Made by a program: the position numbers and the translations under genes. 64,000 bases of DNA, from the sequence record NC_010821.1; one strand, written 5' to 3'. Positions 37,549 to 47,119 of the stretch are shown piece after piece (the first letter of the stretch is position 1; every line of letters begins with the position of its first letter). The notes below the pieces were generated by a model. It had not been told where the DNA came from and did not search any database. It saw nothing but the letters and a program-made list of their open reading frames with translations.

Positions 37549-39375
37549 ATGTCCCTTTTAGATTTGAAATCACTGGTCAGCACTGAAGACTTCGCTGACG
37601 CACATGAGCCATTGAACGATGGCGTTAAAGATGTACCGAACGCACAGACTGTAGCGGCCAGTGTAGGAACTGGGGATGTGGGCAATGACACCACTACTCA
37701 AGGTCCTGCTAAGGTAATCCCTGAGAAGCCAGACACTGATGATCAGACCAAAACCGAACACAACGTTGTCAAAGAGTCAGCTGAGAAAACTGGTGGCACT
37801 AGCGCACCTGCGTCCGATAAAGATTCCGGGGGCGATGCTAACGCCAGCGCAGAACCTGAAAAGTCTGAAGAAACAGATGAAGCAAAAGAACCTTTAGAGC
37901 ACACTTCTGAGAAAGTGGCTAAAGACGAGCTGGAGAAAACTGAGCGTGCTACCACTGCACTCGAAGCGTACGCTCCTAATGCCAAGCGCTTTGACATCAT
38001 CGGCCACCCTAAAGTGAAAGCCGAACAAATTAGTAAGATGGTAGGTTATATCCAGCGCCGGTCTGGTGTAAGTGGTGAAGTAACTGTTTCCGCTGAATCG
38101 ATTAACACCGCCGTTGAACTCGGTCGTAGTCGTATGGCCAAGCTGGAACGCGAAGTACGTATCCTTGGTTCGCAAAAGGTCTCCAAAGAAAACCTCGTTG
38201 AAGAGATTGCTGTAACCGAAGAACCAACCGAGCATGGCGCCCCACCATTGGCCCCAGAGGCCGCCGCCGCTATTACCGAGCTTGAAACAGACCCGCTAGA
38301 CGTACCATTGCTGGAAGTAGAGAAAGTGCAAGAAACTCTTGACACTCTACAATCCGGTGCCGTGGCCATCGAGCGCCTGACTGAAATCGTTCGGGCTAAC
38401 CCACGGATTTCTAAACAAGCGGCCGCGGTACTGCATGCCAGTTTGGAAAATATCGACCAGATGTGTGGTCTGAAAATTCGCGCTACTGGATTTGAATCTT
38501 ACGAAGCTACCCCGCGTGCTGCTCTGGAAGCAACCGCCGTTGATGGCGATTCACTGAGTAGTCGTGCCGCAGAAATCGGCGCTAAAATCATGAAGGTGAT
38601 TACGGCTCTCTATGAAAAGCTGAAACTTTATGCTGCTCGGTATTCCACCGGTATTGATAAGCTTAGCGATCGTTTCACAACTATCGCTCGTAAGGCTCCA
38701 AGCGGTATTGAACTTAAGAGTATCACTATCCGTGGTGATCGTTCAGAGTTGTTCTTGGATGGTGAGTTTGTCGGTGATTACCTCACGCCAGAGGAACGTA
38801 AGATCCCTGAGTTACTGAAACAGAATCGGAAGGAACTTGCTAAGCTACTGGTTAAACCATTGGAACGTCTGCTGTCTAGTGGACCAGCTGATGAGCGCAT
38901 GCTCAATGACATCGAACAGATCAAGCAGGCTATTGGCGGAACTGGGGAACGGTCGACATCTATCCCAGGTGGCTACAAAGTAACTGCCAAAGGTATCGAT
39001 ATCGATGTAGTGGAAGATAAAGCTGATCGCGGTGCAGACGAAGTAACTGTAGAACCAATGATGGGTCATGAACTCGGCCGAAGTGCCGACGATATCAAAC
39101 GGTACCTTGCTCTGCTGTTGGGTGTGATCGATGAAGCAACCAGTCCTGATGAAGTCGAACGCCTTAAGAAAGCCGTCCTGACTCTCAGAAAGAATAGCAA
39201 GGGTGGTGACGAAGCTGTATTCCAGAAAGTTCAAAGTGCTGTTGTTGAAATTATCAACAAGCAATTGAACCCTGTTGAATTTATGGGTCTTGTAGGTAAA
39301 CTCGCTAAAGCACAAGCCGCCCGCGCCGCCTACTTTGAGCAACGTCTGGCACACGCTGCCACGAACGACCAATAA
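37549..39375 (+). CDS. Internal head/ejection protein, phiKZ gp93-97 paralog family
   Basis: About 608 aa; acidic propeptide with VSTE, SAE, SKE and GFE sites. Confidence 0.78.
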   Translation: MSLLDLKSLVSTEDFADAHEPLNDGVKDVPNAQTVAASVGTGDVGNDTTTQGPAKVIPEKPDTDDQTKTEHNVVKESAEKTGGTSAPASDKDSGGDANASAEPEKSEETDEAKEPLEHTSEKVAKDELEKTERATTALEAYAPNAKRFDIIGHPKVKAEQISKMVGYIQRRSGVSGEVTVSAESINTAVELGRSRMAKLEREVRILGSQKVSKENLVEEIAVTEEPTEHGAPPLAPEAAAAITELETDPLDVPLLEVEKVQETLDTLQSGAVAIERLTEIVRANPRISKQAAAVLHASLENIDQMCGLKIRATGFESYEATPRAALEATAVDGDSLSSRAAEIGAKIMKVITALYEKLKLYAARYSTGIDKLSDRFTTIARKAPSGIELKSITIRGDRSELFLDGEFVGDYLTPEERKIPELLKQNRKELAKLLVKPLERLLSSGPADERMLNDIEQIKQAIGGTGERSTSIPGGYKVTAKGIDIDVVEDKADRGADEVTVEPMMGHELGRSADDIKRYLALLLGVIDEATSPDEVERLKKAVLTLRKNSKGGDEAVFQKVQSAVVEIINKQLNPVEFMGLVGKLAKAQAARAAYFEQRLAHAATNDQ

Positions 39376-39385
39376 GGAAATACCC

Positions 39386-40549
39386 ATGACAGACGACACT
39401 CGTCAAGACCCACACAATCGACCGGCGTTAAGTGACAGTCCTGTTGAGCCGGTAGAGGAAAACATCATCGTGACTGATGTGCTAGATGAATGCCAAGACC
39501 TAATCATACAGCGTGCTGCTTTGGAACGTTACAGGGATCAATTGGTACAAGCTGGTCCAGATGGATTGGACCATGTCGCCAAGCACTTCATGTTGGTTGG
39601 ATTACAACAACTCAAGGTGCGTAAAAACAGCACCGGTATGGAATCCTTTGACGCCGACCGAGAAACAGTGACTGTTGAAGACTTCTCCGAATGGCTTAGT
39701 AATCTGGGAGAGCGAATTAAACAGCTTATTAATAAGCTGATCGCCCTGGCCAAACAAGCTGCATCCAAAATCATGTCCGGTATTGAGGGCGTTAAGACTC
39801 AATCTGAAGAACTCATGGAGCGTGCACGTAAGAGTGCACGTCGTCCATCGAACGAAAGACACGGTGAAGGTAAAGAAATTACAATCGATTCACCTAGTCT
39901 ACTTTGGACAGATGGTGAGTTCTGCGTGGGTGACTGTAAATCAGAACAAAACGTGGTTAAGTTCTTTGTAGGTGCTTGGCCTAAGTACGCTATCGATCAA
40001 ATCCAACGTGCTAAGAAAATGATCTCCGAGTACGATGTTGAATCGGGTAACTCCGACAACTTCGAATCCAACATGGGGTTCATTGGTAATCACCAATCGC
40101 TGGTGGCTACCGTTACTCGCGACATCCTGCCGGGTAACAAACAGATCGCATTTAAATATGTGGCACTGGGTCCAGAGTTGGTTGATGCAGAAGATGCGCA
40201 ACCAGCTCCAGATAAACACTCTTTTGAAATCCGCACTCTTGTCGAGATCACCAGTACCCTTAAGCAGAACGTTGCTACGATGAATGCCCTGGGTCAGATG
40301 TATCGTAGTGAGTCAGAGGTGTTAACTGAGATGGCCACTTTGGCAGATGCTCTGATGAAACTGGAAGGACGCCGGGGTGAGACTGTATGGAAGTCTGCTC
40401 GCGATGGTCTGGATGATATCTCTAAAGCCATGATGGATCTGATCGGTCGACTGAAGCCTAACTATGATCCAATTGTTCGTCACTTGGCTAAGGTTGGTAC
40501 AGCCCGTAACGCTGTCTGCCGTAAAGAACTTGACGCACTGGGTCAATGA
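39386..40549 (+). CDS. Internal head protein, gp93-97 paralog family
   Basis: AAGGA RBS before ATG 39386; TGMES site; FSEWLSNLGERIKQLINKLI helix. Confidence 0.78.
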   Translation: MTDDTRQDPHNRPALSDSPVEPVEENIIVTDVLDECQDLIIQRAALERYRDQLVQAGPDGLDHVAKHFMLVGLQQLKVRKNSTGMESFDADRETVTVEDFSEWLSNLGERIKQLINKLIALAKQAASKIMSGIEGVKTQSEELMERARKSARRPSNERHGEGKEITIDSPSLLWTDGEFCVGDCKSEQNVVKFFVGAWPKYAIDQIQRAKKMISEYDVESGNSDNFESNMGFIGNHQSLVATVTRDILPGNKQIAFKYVALGPELVDAEDAQPAPDKHSFEIRTLVEITSTLKQNVATMNALGQMYRSESEVLTEMATLADALMKLEGRRGETVWKSARDGLDDISKAMMDLIGRLKPNYDPIVRHLAKVGTARNAVCRKELDALGQ

Positions 40550-40575
40550 TATAGTTTAACTTAAAGGAACCACTC

Positions 40576-42045
40576 ATGAGCCTTACAGCCCTTTTGAAAG
40601 AAGCTGGGGTGAGTAATGAAGACATTACCGCCTCTGAACCACTCGTACAAGAAACCGTTGTTTCACCAGTTGATTCCCCGTCAGCGGCTATCCCAGTAGT
40701 CGACGCTGTTGTTGAGACCGCTCCAGTTGTTGAACCAGTTCCTGAAACCGTAGCGGCGCCAGTCACTGCACCTTTGGAACCAGCTGTGGTTGAATCGGTG
40801 GTCGCTCCAGTTGCTGAAGCACCATTGCCGGTAGAAGCGGTAGCCGTAGATCAGGTAATTCCAACTATTCCAGTTGTAGAAGCACAAGCTGCTGTTGCTG
40901 AAGCAGTAGAGATTACTCAGATCGAAGCCACTGCTTGTCAGGTAGAAGCTGAACAACAAGCAATCAAAGATAAAGCCGACGAACTGTTGGATATGCAGAC
41001 CGCATTGGAAAACCTCACTAGTATCATTCGTAAGACTGGTGCTAATGGCGTGTCCAATCAAACTGCCGAAGTTATTCAATCACAACTCCGTTCGATTAAT
41101 CGTCGATTGGGTGTGGAAAGTAAATTCGTATCCACTGAATCCTTTATTGCTCGCGACAACCGTGAACAACATGCTATTGCTACTATCGCACTGGAGGACA
41201 TCAAGACCAGTGTTAAGGTAGCCAAGAATAAGTTCATTGAACTGCTTGAGAAAATCTTGGCTCTGTTCAAACGTGCGGCCAGTAACTGGCTAGACGGTCT
41301 GGTTAGCCTCGATAAGAAAGTCGATCAACTCGACCAACGTTTGGGCGCATTGAAGAAACCAGGTGGCGGTGGATCACTCACACTCCACAATGCCGGTCTG
41401 GTTGTATACAAAGACAGTATCGATATTCCTGAGGATATCCCAGGTCTCGCACACTTTGCTTCGGTAGCTTACCCAGACGTAGTTACTAAGTACCTCGATC
41501 AGTCTGCAAAGACTCTTCTTAAATACAAACCTAGTGATTTCGATCCAGAACGTATTAAAGAGGAATTCGAACGTCATGCTAAACCACTGGCATATTTGAT
41601 CGAACTGCAAGTTGAGAAAGATGAGCTACCTGGTGGTCAACACTTGGACGTAGATGAAGGTGGACTAAGCTTTGGTATCAAAGGTGAGGTTCCAGCTGGC
41701 GTTGATAAAGAAGTCGATCTGGAAACCACCGTTGAACTACGTAAGAAAGTTCGCGCTATCAAAGATATCGTGGAACAGATCAAGAAGATCCGTCCAGAAG
41801 TCGAGAAGATCGATAAAGCTGGTAAGCGTCTGATTGAAGCTGCTCGTCGCTCTACTTCTCTGAAAGCTGAAGATGAGAAAGAAGCAGAAGACTTTTACAA
41901 TATCGTTCATGATGCAATCAGTCGTTCGGCAGCTGCTAAGCCACGTGTTGATGAAGTCATCAAGTATCTGGTACGCTATCTCGGCGCACAGGTTGCTATT
42001 GTTAATACAATGGCCGACGCCATTGAGAAAGAGAAAGAAGATTAA
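40576..42045 (+). CDS. Internal head protein, gp93-97 paralog family
   Basis: 489 aa; A/V/P/E-rich propeptide; VSNE, VSTE and ALE sites. Confidence 0.78.
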   Translation: MSLTALLKEAGVSNEDITASEPLVQETVVSPVDSPSAAIPVVDAVVETAPVVEPVPETVAAPVTAPLEPAVVESVVAPVAEAPLPVEAVAVDQVIPTIPVVEAQAAVAEAVEITQIEATACQVEAEQQAIKDKADELLDMQTALENLTSIIRKTGANGVSNQTAEVIQSQLRSINRRLGVESKFVSTESFIARDNREQHAIATIALEDIKTSVKVAKNKFIELLEKILALFKRAASNWLDGLVSLDKKVDQLDQRLGALKKPGGGGSLTLHNAGLVVYKDSIDIPEDIPGLAHFASVAYPDVVTKYLDQSAKTLLKYKPSDFDPERIKEEFERHAKPLAYLIELQVEKDELPGGQHLDVDEGGLSFGIKGEVPAGVDKEVDLETTVELRKKVRAIKDIVEQIKKIRPEVEKIDKAGKRLIEAARRSTSLKAEDEKEAEDFYNIVHDAISRSAAAKPRVDEVIKYLVRYLGAQVAIVNTMADAIEKEKED

Positions 42046-42049
42046 TTCG

Positions 42050-42075
42050 ACGGGACCTTCGGGTCCCGTTTTTAT
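42050..42075 (+). terminator. Rho-independent terminator
   Basis: ACGGGACC-ttcg-GGTCCCGT followed by TTTTATT. Confidence 0.75.
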
Positions 42076-42088
42076 TCAGGTATTCCCA

Positions 42089-43192
42089 ATGACTGAAGTT
42101 ATTGAACTTGCCCCAACGACAGCAGTGAATGCTGCACCTGATGTCATGAGTACTTTGATGGAACTCAATCCAGCTATTGCCGATGAGATCCTTGAACTGA
42201 CGCACGGCATCGAACGCTATAAAAATATTCGATTGCTCCAACCAAAGTTATTCGAACTCAGTCTCGAAGCAACTGACCAGGGTAGTATACTGAGCCGGAT
42301 GCTTGATGCACTGATCCGTTTCATTACCCGCTTCATTAGGGATGTTTATGAAGGTACAGCGACTCTTAGTTTCTCGCTAGGTAAGTTACATGACCGTGCT
42401 GAATTGATTAACACCGAATCCAGGTCTATGCGTCGTACTAACCGTAGCAATGAGTTTAAGATCGATACTAGAATCCACAACCTTTGCGTTAACTACAAAC
42501 CAATCAATGACCCTCAGCGACTGTTGATGGTACTCAAAACAAACAACGTACTGTTTAAGAGTTATTTCAAATACCAGAACGTAGAGTTACCGAACATTAT
42601 CCCTAATATTGTTAACATCAATCCTAAACGGCCAGATTCGGTTATCGCGCTGGTAGAACTGTTGTCGCCTGTATCACCTATGGCTAAAGCCAGTGCTATG
42701 AATTTCAGCGGTGACCAAACATCCCGTGCTAGTTTGCAGTTATTGGGTAATCAACGATTGCATGCAATGACTAAGAATCCGGTAGGTGATGTCGTAGATC
42801 AACTCGCCGGTCAAGAATGGTTACTGTTACCGGCCAGTGATGACCCTAAGCCGTTACCGCCTTCCATCACCTACCCTGTATTTGCCGCAACCATTGAGCA
42901 AAGTATTCTACGTGAGATCGTATCGGCTACAACTGATCTTGAATCGAATTTCGGGATCGTGTCTCGTAACCGTCGTAGTATGCGTGTGGATGATCTGACG
43001 CGTTATCTTGAAAGATTGCGTAACAGTATTTTGACTAAGCAGTACGATGCTGAAACTGAGGAACGTGCACAGCAGATAATCCGAATGCTAGAGGCTTATT
43101 GCACTTGGCTAGTTAACCCTTATCTAAACATGATGGGCCTTTATATCAGAAATGCCAACGCAGTGTTGAACGTTTGCGATGCCAACAACTAA
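42089..43192 (+). CDS. Internal head protein (phiKZ gp96-like)
   Basis: About 367 aa from ATG 42089; LSLEA site followed by the family helix. Confidence 0.75.
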   Translation: MTEVIELAPTTAVNAAPDVMSTLMELNPAIADEILELTHGIERYKNIRLLQPKLFELSLEATDQGSILSRMLDALIRFITRFIRDVYEGTATLSFSLGKLHDRAELINTESRSMRRTNRSNEFKIDTRIHNLCVNYKPINDPQRLLMVLKTNNVLFKSYFKYQNVELPNIIPNIVNINPKRPDSVIALVELLSPVSPMAKASAMNFSGDQTSRASLQLLGNQRLHAMTKNPVGDVVDQLAGQEWLLLPASDDPKPLPPSITYPVFAATIEQSILREIVSATTDLESNFGIVSRNRRSMRVDDLTRYLERLRNSILTKQYDAETEERAQQIIRMLEAYCTWLVNPYLNMMGLYIRNANAVLNVCDANN

Positions 43193-43223
43193 ACACAAAA
43201 CTGACTTATTATCTGATAGTATA

Positions 43224-43263
43224 TTCGTCCCGTGGTTATGTGGAGGACGAACTGCATAACCAC
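43224..43263 (+). promoter_or_regulatory. Candidate pseudoknot or bistable leader structure
   Basis: TTCGTCC(43224-30)/GGACGAA(43245-51) crosses GTGGTTATG(43232-40)/CATAACCAC(43255-63). Confidence 0.4.
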
Positions 43264-43289
43264 TTCCGTAACAAAAAGGTATTGTCAAC

Positions 43290-46058
43290 ATGTTGAAAAA
43301 AATTAATAGCGCCAACTTATTCTCTATGGAGAATCACGATGAGCAAACTACCGAAGAACTTCCAGAGCAAGGCGTTGTAGTAGAAGCCGATGCCGAAGCG
43401 GTAGTAGCCGAGGCCACACCATCTGAAGACGTAACTGAAGCTGGTGACGACATTGGTCAAGCAACCCCTAACGATGAGATCGATGCCAGTCCAGATGCCG
43501 ATCTTACCGTAACCGAAACAACCGTTCAATCGCCAGATGGTGGTGAGACTGAAGAAGTTTCCAAACTGCTTGAAGAAGGCCAACAAGCCGCAGCTACCAA
43601 AGATGAAATCGTAGCTACCGCAACTGCCGAAGTAACCGGTGGTGAATCTGATGCCGTTGATGTAAATGGTAATGCCATTACTGAAGAGCAGGCTGTAGAA
43701 AACGAAGAGCAAGAAAACGTTGATGATGAAGTCGACGAAGAAGCTGAGAAGACTGCTGCTGACAAAGACATCCACGAACAAGTAGACGACGTAACTGAAA
43801 ACGTTGACGAAGAGCTTGGTGATGCAATCGGTGACGATTCTACCGACGGTGGTCTAGACGGTGAAGCTACTGATGACACATCTACCGATATCGATAGTTC
43901 TGGTAGTCAAGGTGATCTGGGTATGGACGCTGAAACCGGCGACCTAGGTGAACCAGAAGGCGGTGATGATACCGCATTTGACGATGACACTCCATTGGAG
44001 GGTGCTGACGATGTGGGTACAGATACCGATGCTACTGCTGACGATAGCAGTGGGGATGTGGGTAGCGATGAAACTGCTACAGGGTCTGACATGGATGATG
44101 TTGAATCCACTGACGGTGGCGACTTGGGTGGCGAAGAAACTGTCGACGATACCGTCGGGGTTGATGGCGATTCTGAGGTGGCTGACGACGTAGCGACTCA
44201 AAACGAGGCGGCTGATGTAACCGCTGAAGCTGCTAGCTCTGATACAGAGCAGACTGACTTCATCGCTGGTGACACCCCAGAGCAACATGGTGAAGAACCA
44301 TCCACTGACGAACTCCCTGCCAACGATGGTGAAGAGATTGTAGCCGAGGCCACTCCTGCTGTTCAGAATGAAACCGACGTGGGTTCCGCTGACGCCAATA
44401 TGGACGTTACACAATCCACCGCTGATGAAGTTGACTTCGACGATGAAACACCTCTGGAAGGTGCTGATGAGGAAACTGAAACAGAAGACCTCGAGGTTAA
44501 TGCTGAACAAGACCTTACCCCTACAGAAGTAGACGGTCAAGAAATTGACGGCAGTACTCCTGATGGGGCTACAGTTGAAGAATCTCAAACTGATCAACAA
44601 GCTGAAGAACTGGATGAAGTAAACGCTGAACCTGAAACCGAAGAGGAAGAAGGGGCTAATGAACCAGAAGACGGCGAGTCTGAAGTAGAGACCGAAACTG
44701 AGACTGACACAGATGGCTCTACTGAAGAAGTAGTGGAAGACATTACTGCATCCGGTGAACCTGGTCTAGACGCTGAAGCCGGTGAGATTGAAGAGACTGA
44801 CGAACCAGCTGATCTTGAAGAAGGTGAACTGGACATTCCTGACGTAGATACCGAGACCACTGAAGAAGAAGTCGAGGATGCTGCAATCACTGCTGATGAA
44901 GTAGAGGCTGAAGCAGACGCTGATGACGATAAAGGTGACATCGGTGAGAAGACCATTGAAGAACTCCAACGTGAGACTGAGTCCCTCGAAGAATTCCGGG
45001 TAATGCTGGAATGGGGTATCGCTAATGAGTCTTATGACCCAAGCCTGTTGGCTTACAAGTCTGTTCAAGCATCGCGTGTACGTGATCTGTTGAATGGTCT
45101 TGGTTGCAAGCTTCCGGCTGTATCACTTGAATCGTATACTGCTAAAGATATGGACTTGGCTTACCAAGCATCTCTCGAATCGGTTCGTGGCATGTTGTCG
45201 CGCATTTCGGGTATCAGTCACCAGTTGACTCAAAAGGTAGAACGTTGGTACGCTAAAGGTATGGTTGACAAAGTGAAGACTCGTACCACTGCTTTGAACA
45301 AGCAGATTGACCTTTGCTTGGTTCAACTGAAAGAAGCTGACGTATCGACTCACGAAGTTAATGCGATTGGTGCATACCTCGCTCATGCCGACGGTAATCT
45401 GGTTAAAGCTGTTTCCGATGACCTCAAGATCATTTCCGATGTGAGTGTCAAAGGCTTTAAAGCAACTGAAGAACTGCAAACCAATCTGGTTAAAGCACTG
45501 AATGACATTACTGGTGCAGCAACTCCGGCTGAGGCTACTAGTGTTGCAGATAAAGTATCCCGTTTCAAAGATACCAAATCGGCTTTCCCTAACAAGGCAT
45601 TCAGTTCTGGTTTCCTTGGTGGCTTTAAGTTCGAGCTGAAAGAAGCAACAGGTGGTGACACACTGAAAGACAAGATCCTTAACATGGGTCGTCGTGCAGT
45701 ACCGGTTATCGTACGTGAGGGTAAAGGTACTAACACCAGTCAGAAACTGTCTAAGGGTGACGTTGCTAACCTGCTGACTATGGCTAAGGCTTACACTGCC
45801 CTGGCTAACAAGCTTGCAGACACTACTGGTGACCGTGCCGTTGATAACATTAGTAAGATCCGTCTTACTCGTGAACGTGCTCTACCGATCGCTGTAGAAG
45901 GTCGTGTACGTGGTGGTGACGAAGCTGCTATTGACGCAGCAGCTAGTGCATTGGAAATTGTAGCTAAGGCTCACAATGACATGTACAAGTTTGTTACCAA
46001 GCATTGCATCGACGTAGCTGACGCCCTGTGTGGTGTCGCTAAGAAGTTCAGTAAGTAA
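43290..46058 (+). CDS. Internal head protein (phiKZ gp97-like) with a ~630-aa acidic propeptide
   Basis: 922 aa; D/E-rich N-terminus; SME, VSLE and ASLE sites; C-terminal ~290-aa family domain. Confidence 0.82.
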   Translation: MLKKINSANLFSMENHDEQTTEELPEQGVVVEADAEAVVAEATPSEDVTEAGDDIGQATPNDEIDASPDADLTVTETTVQSPDGGETEEVSKLLEEGQQAAATKDEIVATATAEVTGGESDAVDVNGNAITEEQAVENEEQENVDDEVDEEAEKTAADKDIHEQVDDVTENVDEELGDAIGDDSTDGGLDGEATDDTSTDIDSSGSQGDLGMDAETGDLGEPEGGDDTAFDDDTPLEGADDVGTDTDATADDSSGDVGSDETATGSDMDDVESTDGGDLGGEETVDDTVGVDGDSEVADDVATQNEAADVTAEAASSDTEQTDFIAGDTPEQHGEEPSTDELPANDGEEIVAEATPAVQNETDVGSADANMDVTQSTADEVDFDDETPLEGADEETETEDLEVNAEQDLTPTEVDGQEIDGSTPDGATVEESQTDQQAEELDEVNAEPETEEEEGANEPEDGESEVETETETDTDGSTEEVVEDITASGEPGLDAEAGEIEETDEPADLEEGELDIPDVDTETTEEEVEDAAITADEVEAEADADDDKGDIGEKTIEELQRETESLEEFRVMLEWGIANESYDPSLLAYKSVQASRVRDLLNGLGCKLPAVSLESYTAKDMDLAYQASLESVRGMLSRISGISHQLTQKVERWYAKGMVDKVKTRTTALNKQIDLCLVQLKEADVSTHEVNAIGAYLAHADGNLVKAVSDDLKIISDVSVKGFKATEELQTNLVKALNDITGAATPAEATSVADKVSRFKDTKSAFPNKAFSSGFLGGFKFELKEATGGDTLKDKILNMGRRAVPVIVREGKGTNTSQKLSKGDVANLLTMAKAYTALANKLADTTGDRAVDNISKIRLTRERALPIAVEGRVRGGDEAAIDAAASALEIVAKAHNDMYKFVTKHCIDVADALCGVAKKFSK

Positions 46059-46061
46059 AAG

Positions 46062-46093
46062 CATAATGGCCCTCCCTTCGGGGAGGGTTTATG
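46062..46093 (+). terminator. Terminator hairpin, copy 1 of a near-identical pair
   Basis: CATAATGG-CCCTCCC-ttcg-GGGAGGG-TTTATG. Confidence 0.75.
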
Positions 46094-46179
46094 TCATCTT
46101 TTTACTCAGGTATAAACAGTATGTGGTATTGAGACCACACCTTAACTAGACCAGACCCTTAAGTGGGAGAGGCAAAGAG

Positions 46180-47052
46180 ATGAAAGATATTTTTATAGCA
46201 GAAGAAGCATATAATCCAACGATGATGGACGAGGCTACCGCCTCACCACTCGAGACATACCGTAAGTACGACGCTTACTTTAACTGGTTCCTAACTGAAG
46301 ACTTTGATGAAGATACGACGGTACCAAGTGGTGACCATGAACTGTTCAACTTCGTTATGACCCGTGAGAAAGAATACCGTAAGGCACCGATCGATAAAAT
46401 GTTTACTCCACCTACCCTAACTTGGGCTCGTCGAGATTGCATTTCTATCGGGGGTAAACTACTCGAGTCAAGTCACGAATTTGTCCAGTTTTTTGGTTAT
46501 ACCCCAGGGACTCTTATAGTACCCGGTATGGATCTTGAACCAAATGCAAAGTCGAAGAACCGTACTCTGCATGTAACAGTCGACCCACTTGATCCAGATC
46601 CTGAAAGAACCATCACAGCTATCCAATCAATTATTTTGGATACAGCAAATGGATTGAAACCAGATATCGACGAGGGTTATTCCACTTATGTGCCGATCGC
46701 AACTCGATTGATGGCTCTGTCTGATAATGCAGATGAGGTGATTGAGAAGGCACTTTGTAAATATTTTGACACACGTTCTGCAATTGAGTTCCTTAAGGCC
46801 GATGGTAGCCAACCGCTATTTAATCCGATCCCAGATTTCTGCCCTGGACAGACTCTCCCTAAATGGTACATCGAAGCATGGATTCTGAACCAGGAATTCA
46901 TCAAGTACCCAGAGTTCCAGAAGAATATCTGTCGTATTGTTTTTGAATATGCCGAGCGTGAAATTACCCGTGGTAACTTGGACATTAAGAAGATCCTTAA
47001 CTACCTGATCCGGTTGGGTCGATTCAACACACGTGTATACCTGATCAACTAA
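46180..47052 (+). CDS. Hypothetical protein in a hairpin-bounded cassette
   Basis: 290 aa, no recognised motif, sits between gp97-like and gp98-like genes. Confidence 0.75.
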   Translation: MKDIFIAEEAYNPTMMDEATASPLETYRKYDAYFNWFLTEDFDEDTTVPSGDHELFNFVMTREKEYRKAPIDKMFTPPTLTWARRDCISIGGKLLESSHEFVQFFGYTPGTLIVPGMDLEPNAKSKNRTLHVTVDPLDPDPERTITAIQSIILDTANGLKPDIDEGYSTYVPIATRLMALSDNADEVIEKALCKYFDTRSAIEFLKADGSQPLFNPIPDFCPGQTLPKWYIEAWILNQEFIKYPEFQKNICRIVFEYAEREITRGNLDIKKILNYLIRLGRFNTRVYLIN

Positions 47053-47083
47053 TAATGTCCCTCCCTTCGGGGAGGGCTTTATG
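47052..47083 (+). terminator. Terminator hairpin, copy 2 of the pair
   Basis: ATAATGT-CCCTCCC-ttcg-GGGAGGG-CTTTATG. Confidence 0.75.
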
Positions 47084-47119
47084 CCGCAATCTTATGAACT
47101 TTAAAATGAGGCTATTACC

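Noticed and set aside
43211-43263. Hammerhead-like (CTGATAG…GTCC…GGACGAAC) and pistol-like (CGTGGTTA) look-alikes
   Set aside because: The core needs CUGANGA and GAAA, but here it is CUGAUAG and GAAC; the pistol P1 and pseudoknot partners are absent
10088-45736. Other antisense or alternative-frame ORFs over RNAP, polymerase and head genes (e.g. 10088-10921, 21545-22423, 43317-45736)
   Set aside because: Shadow ORFs of strongly biased or low-complexity sense genes
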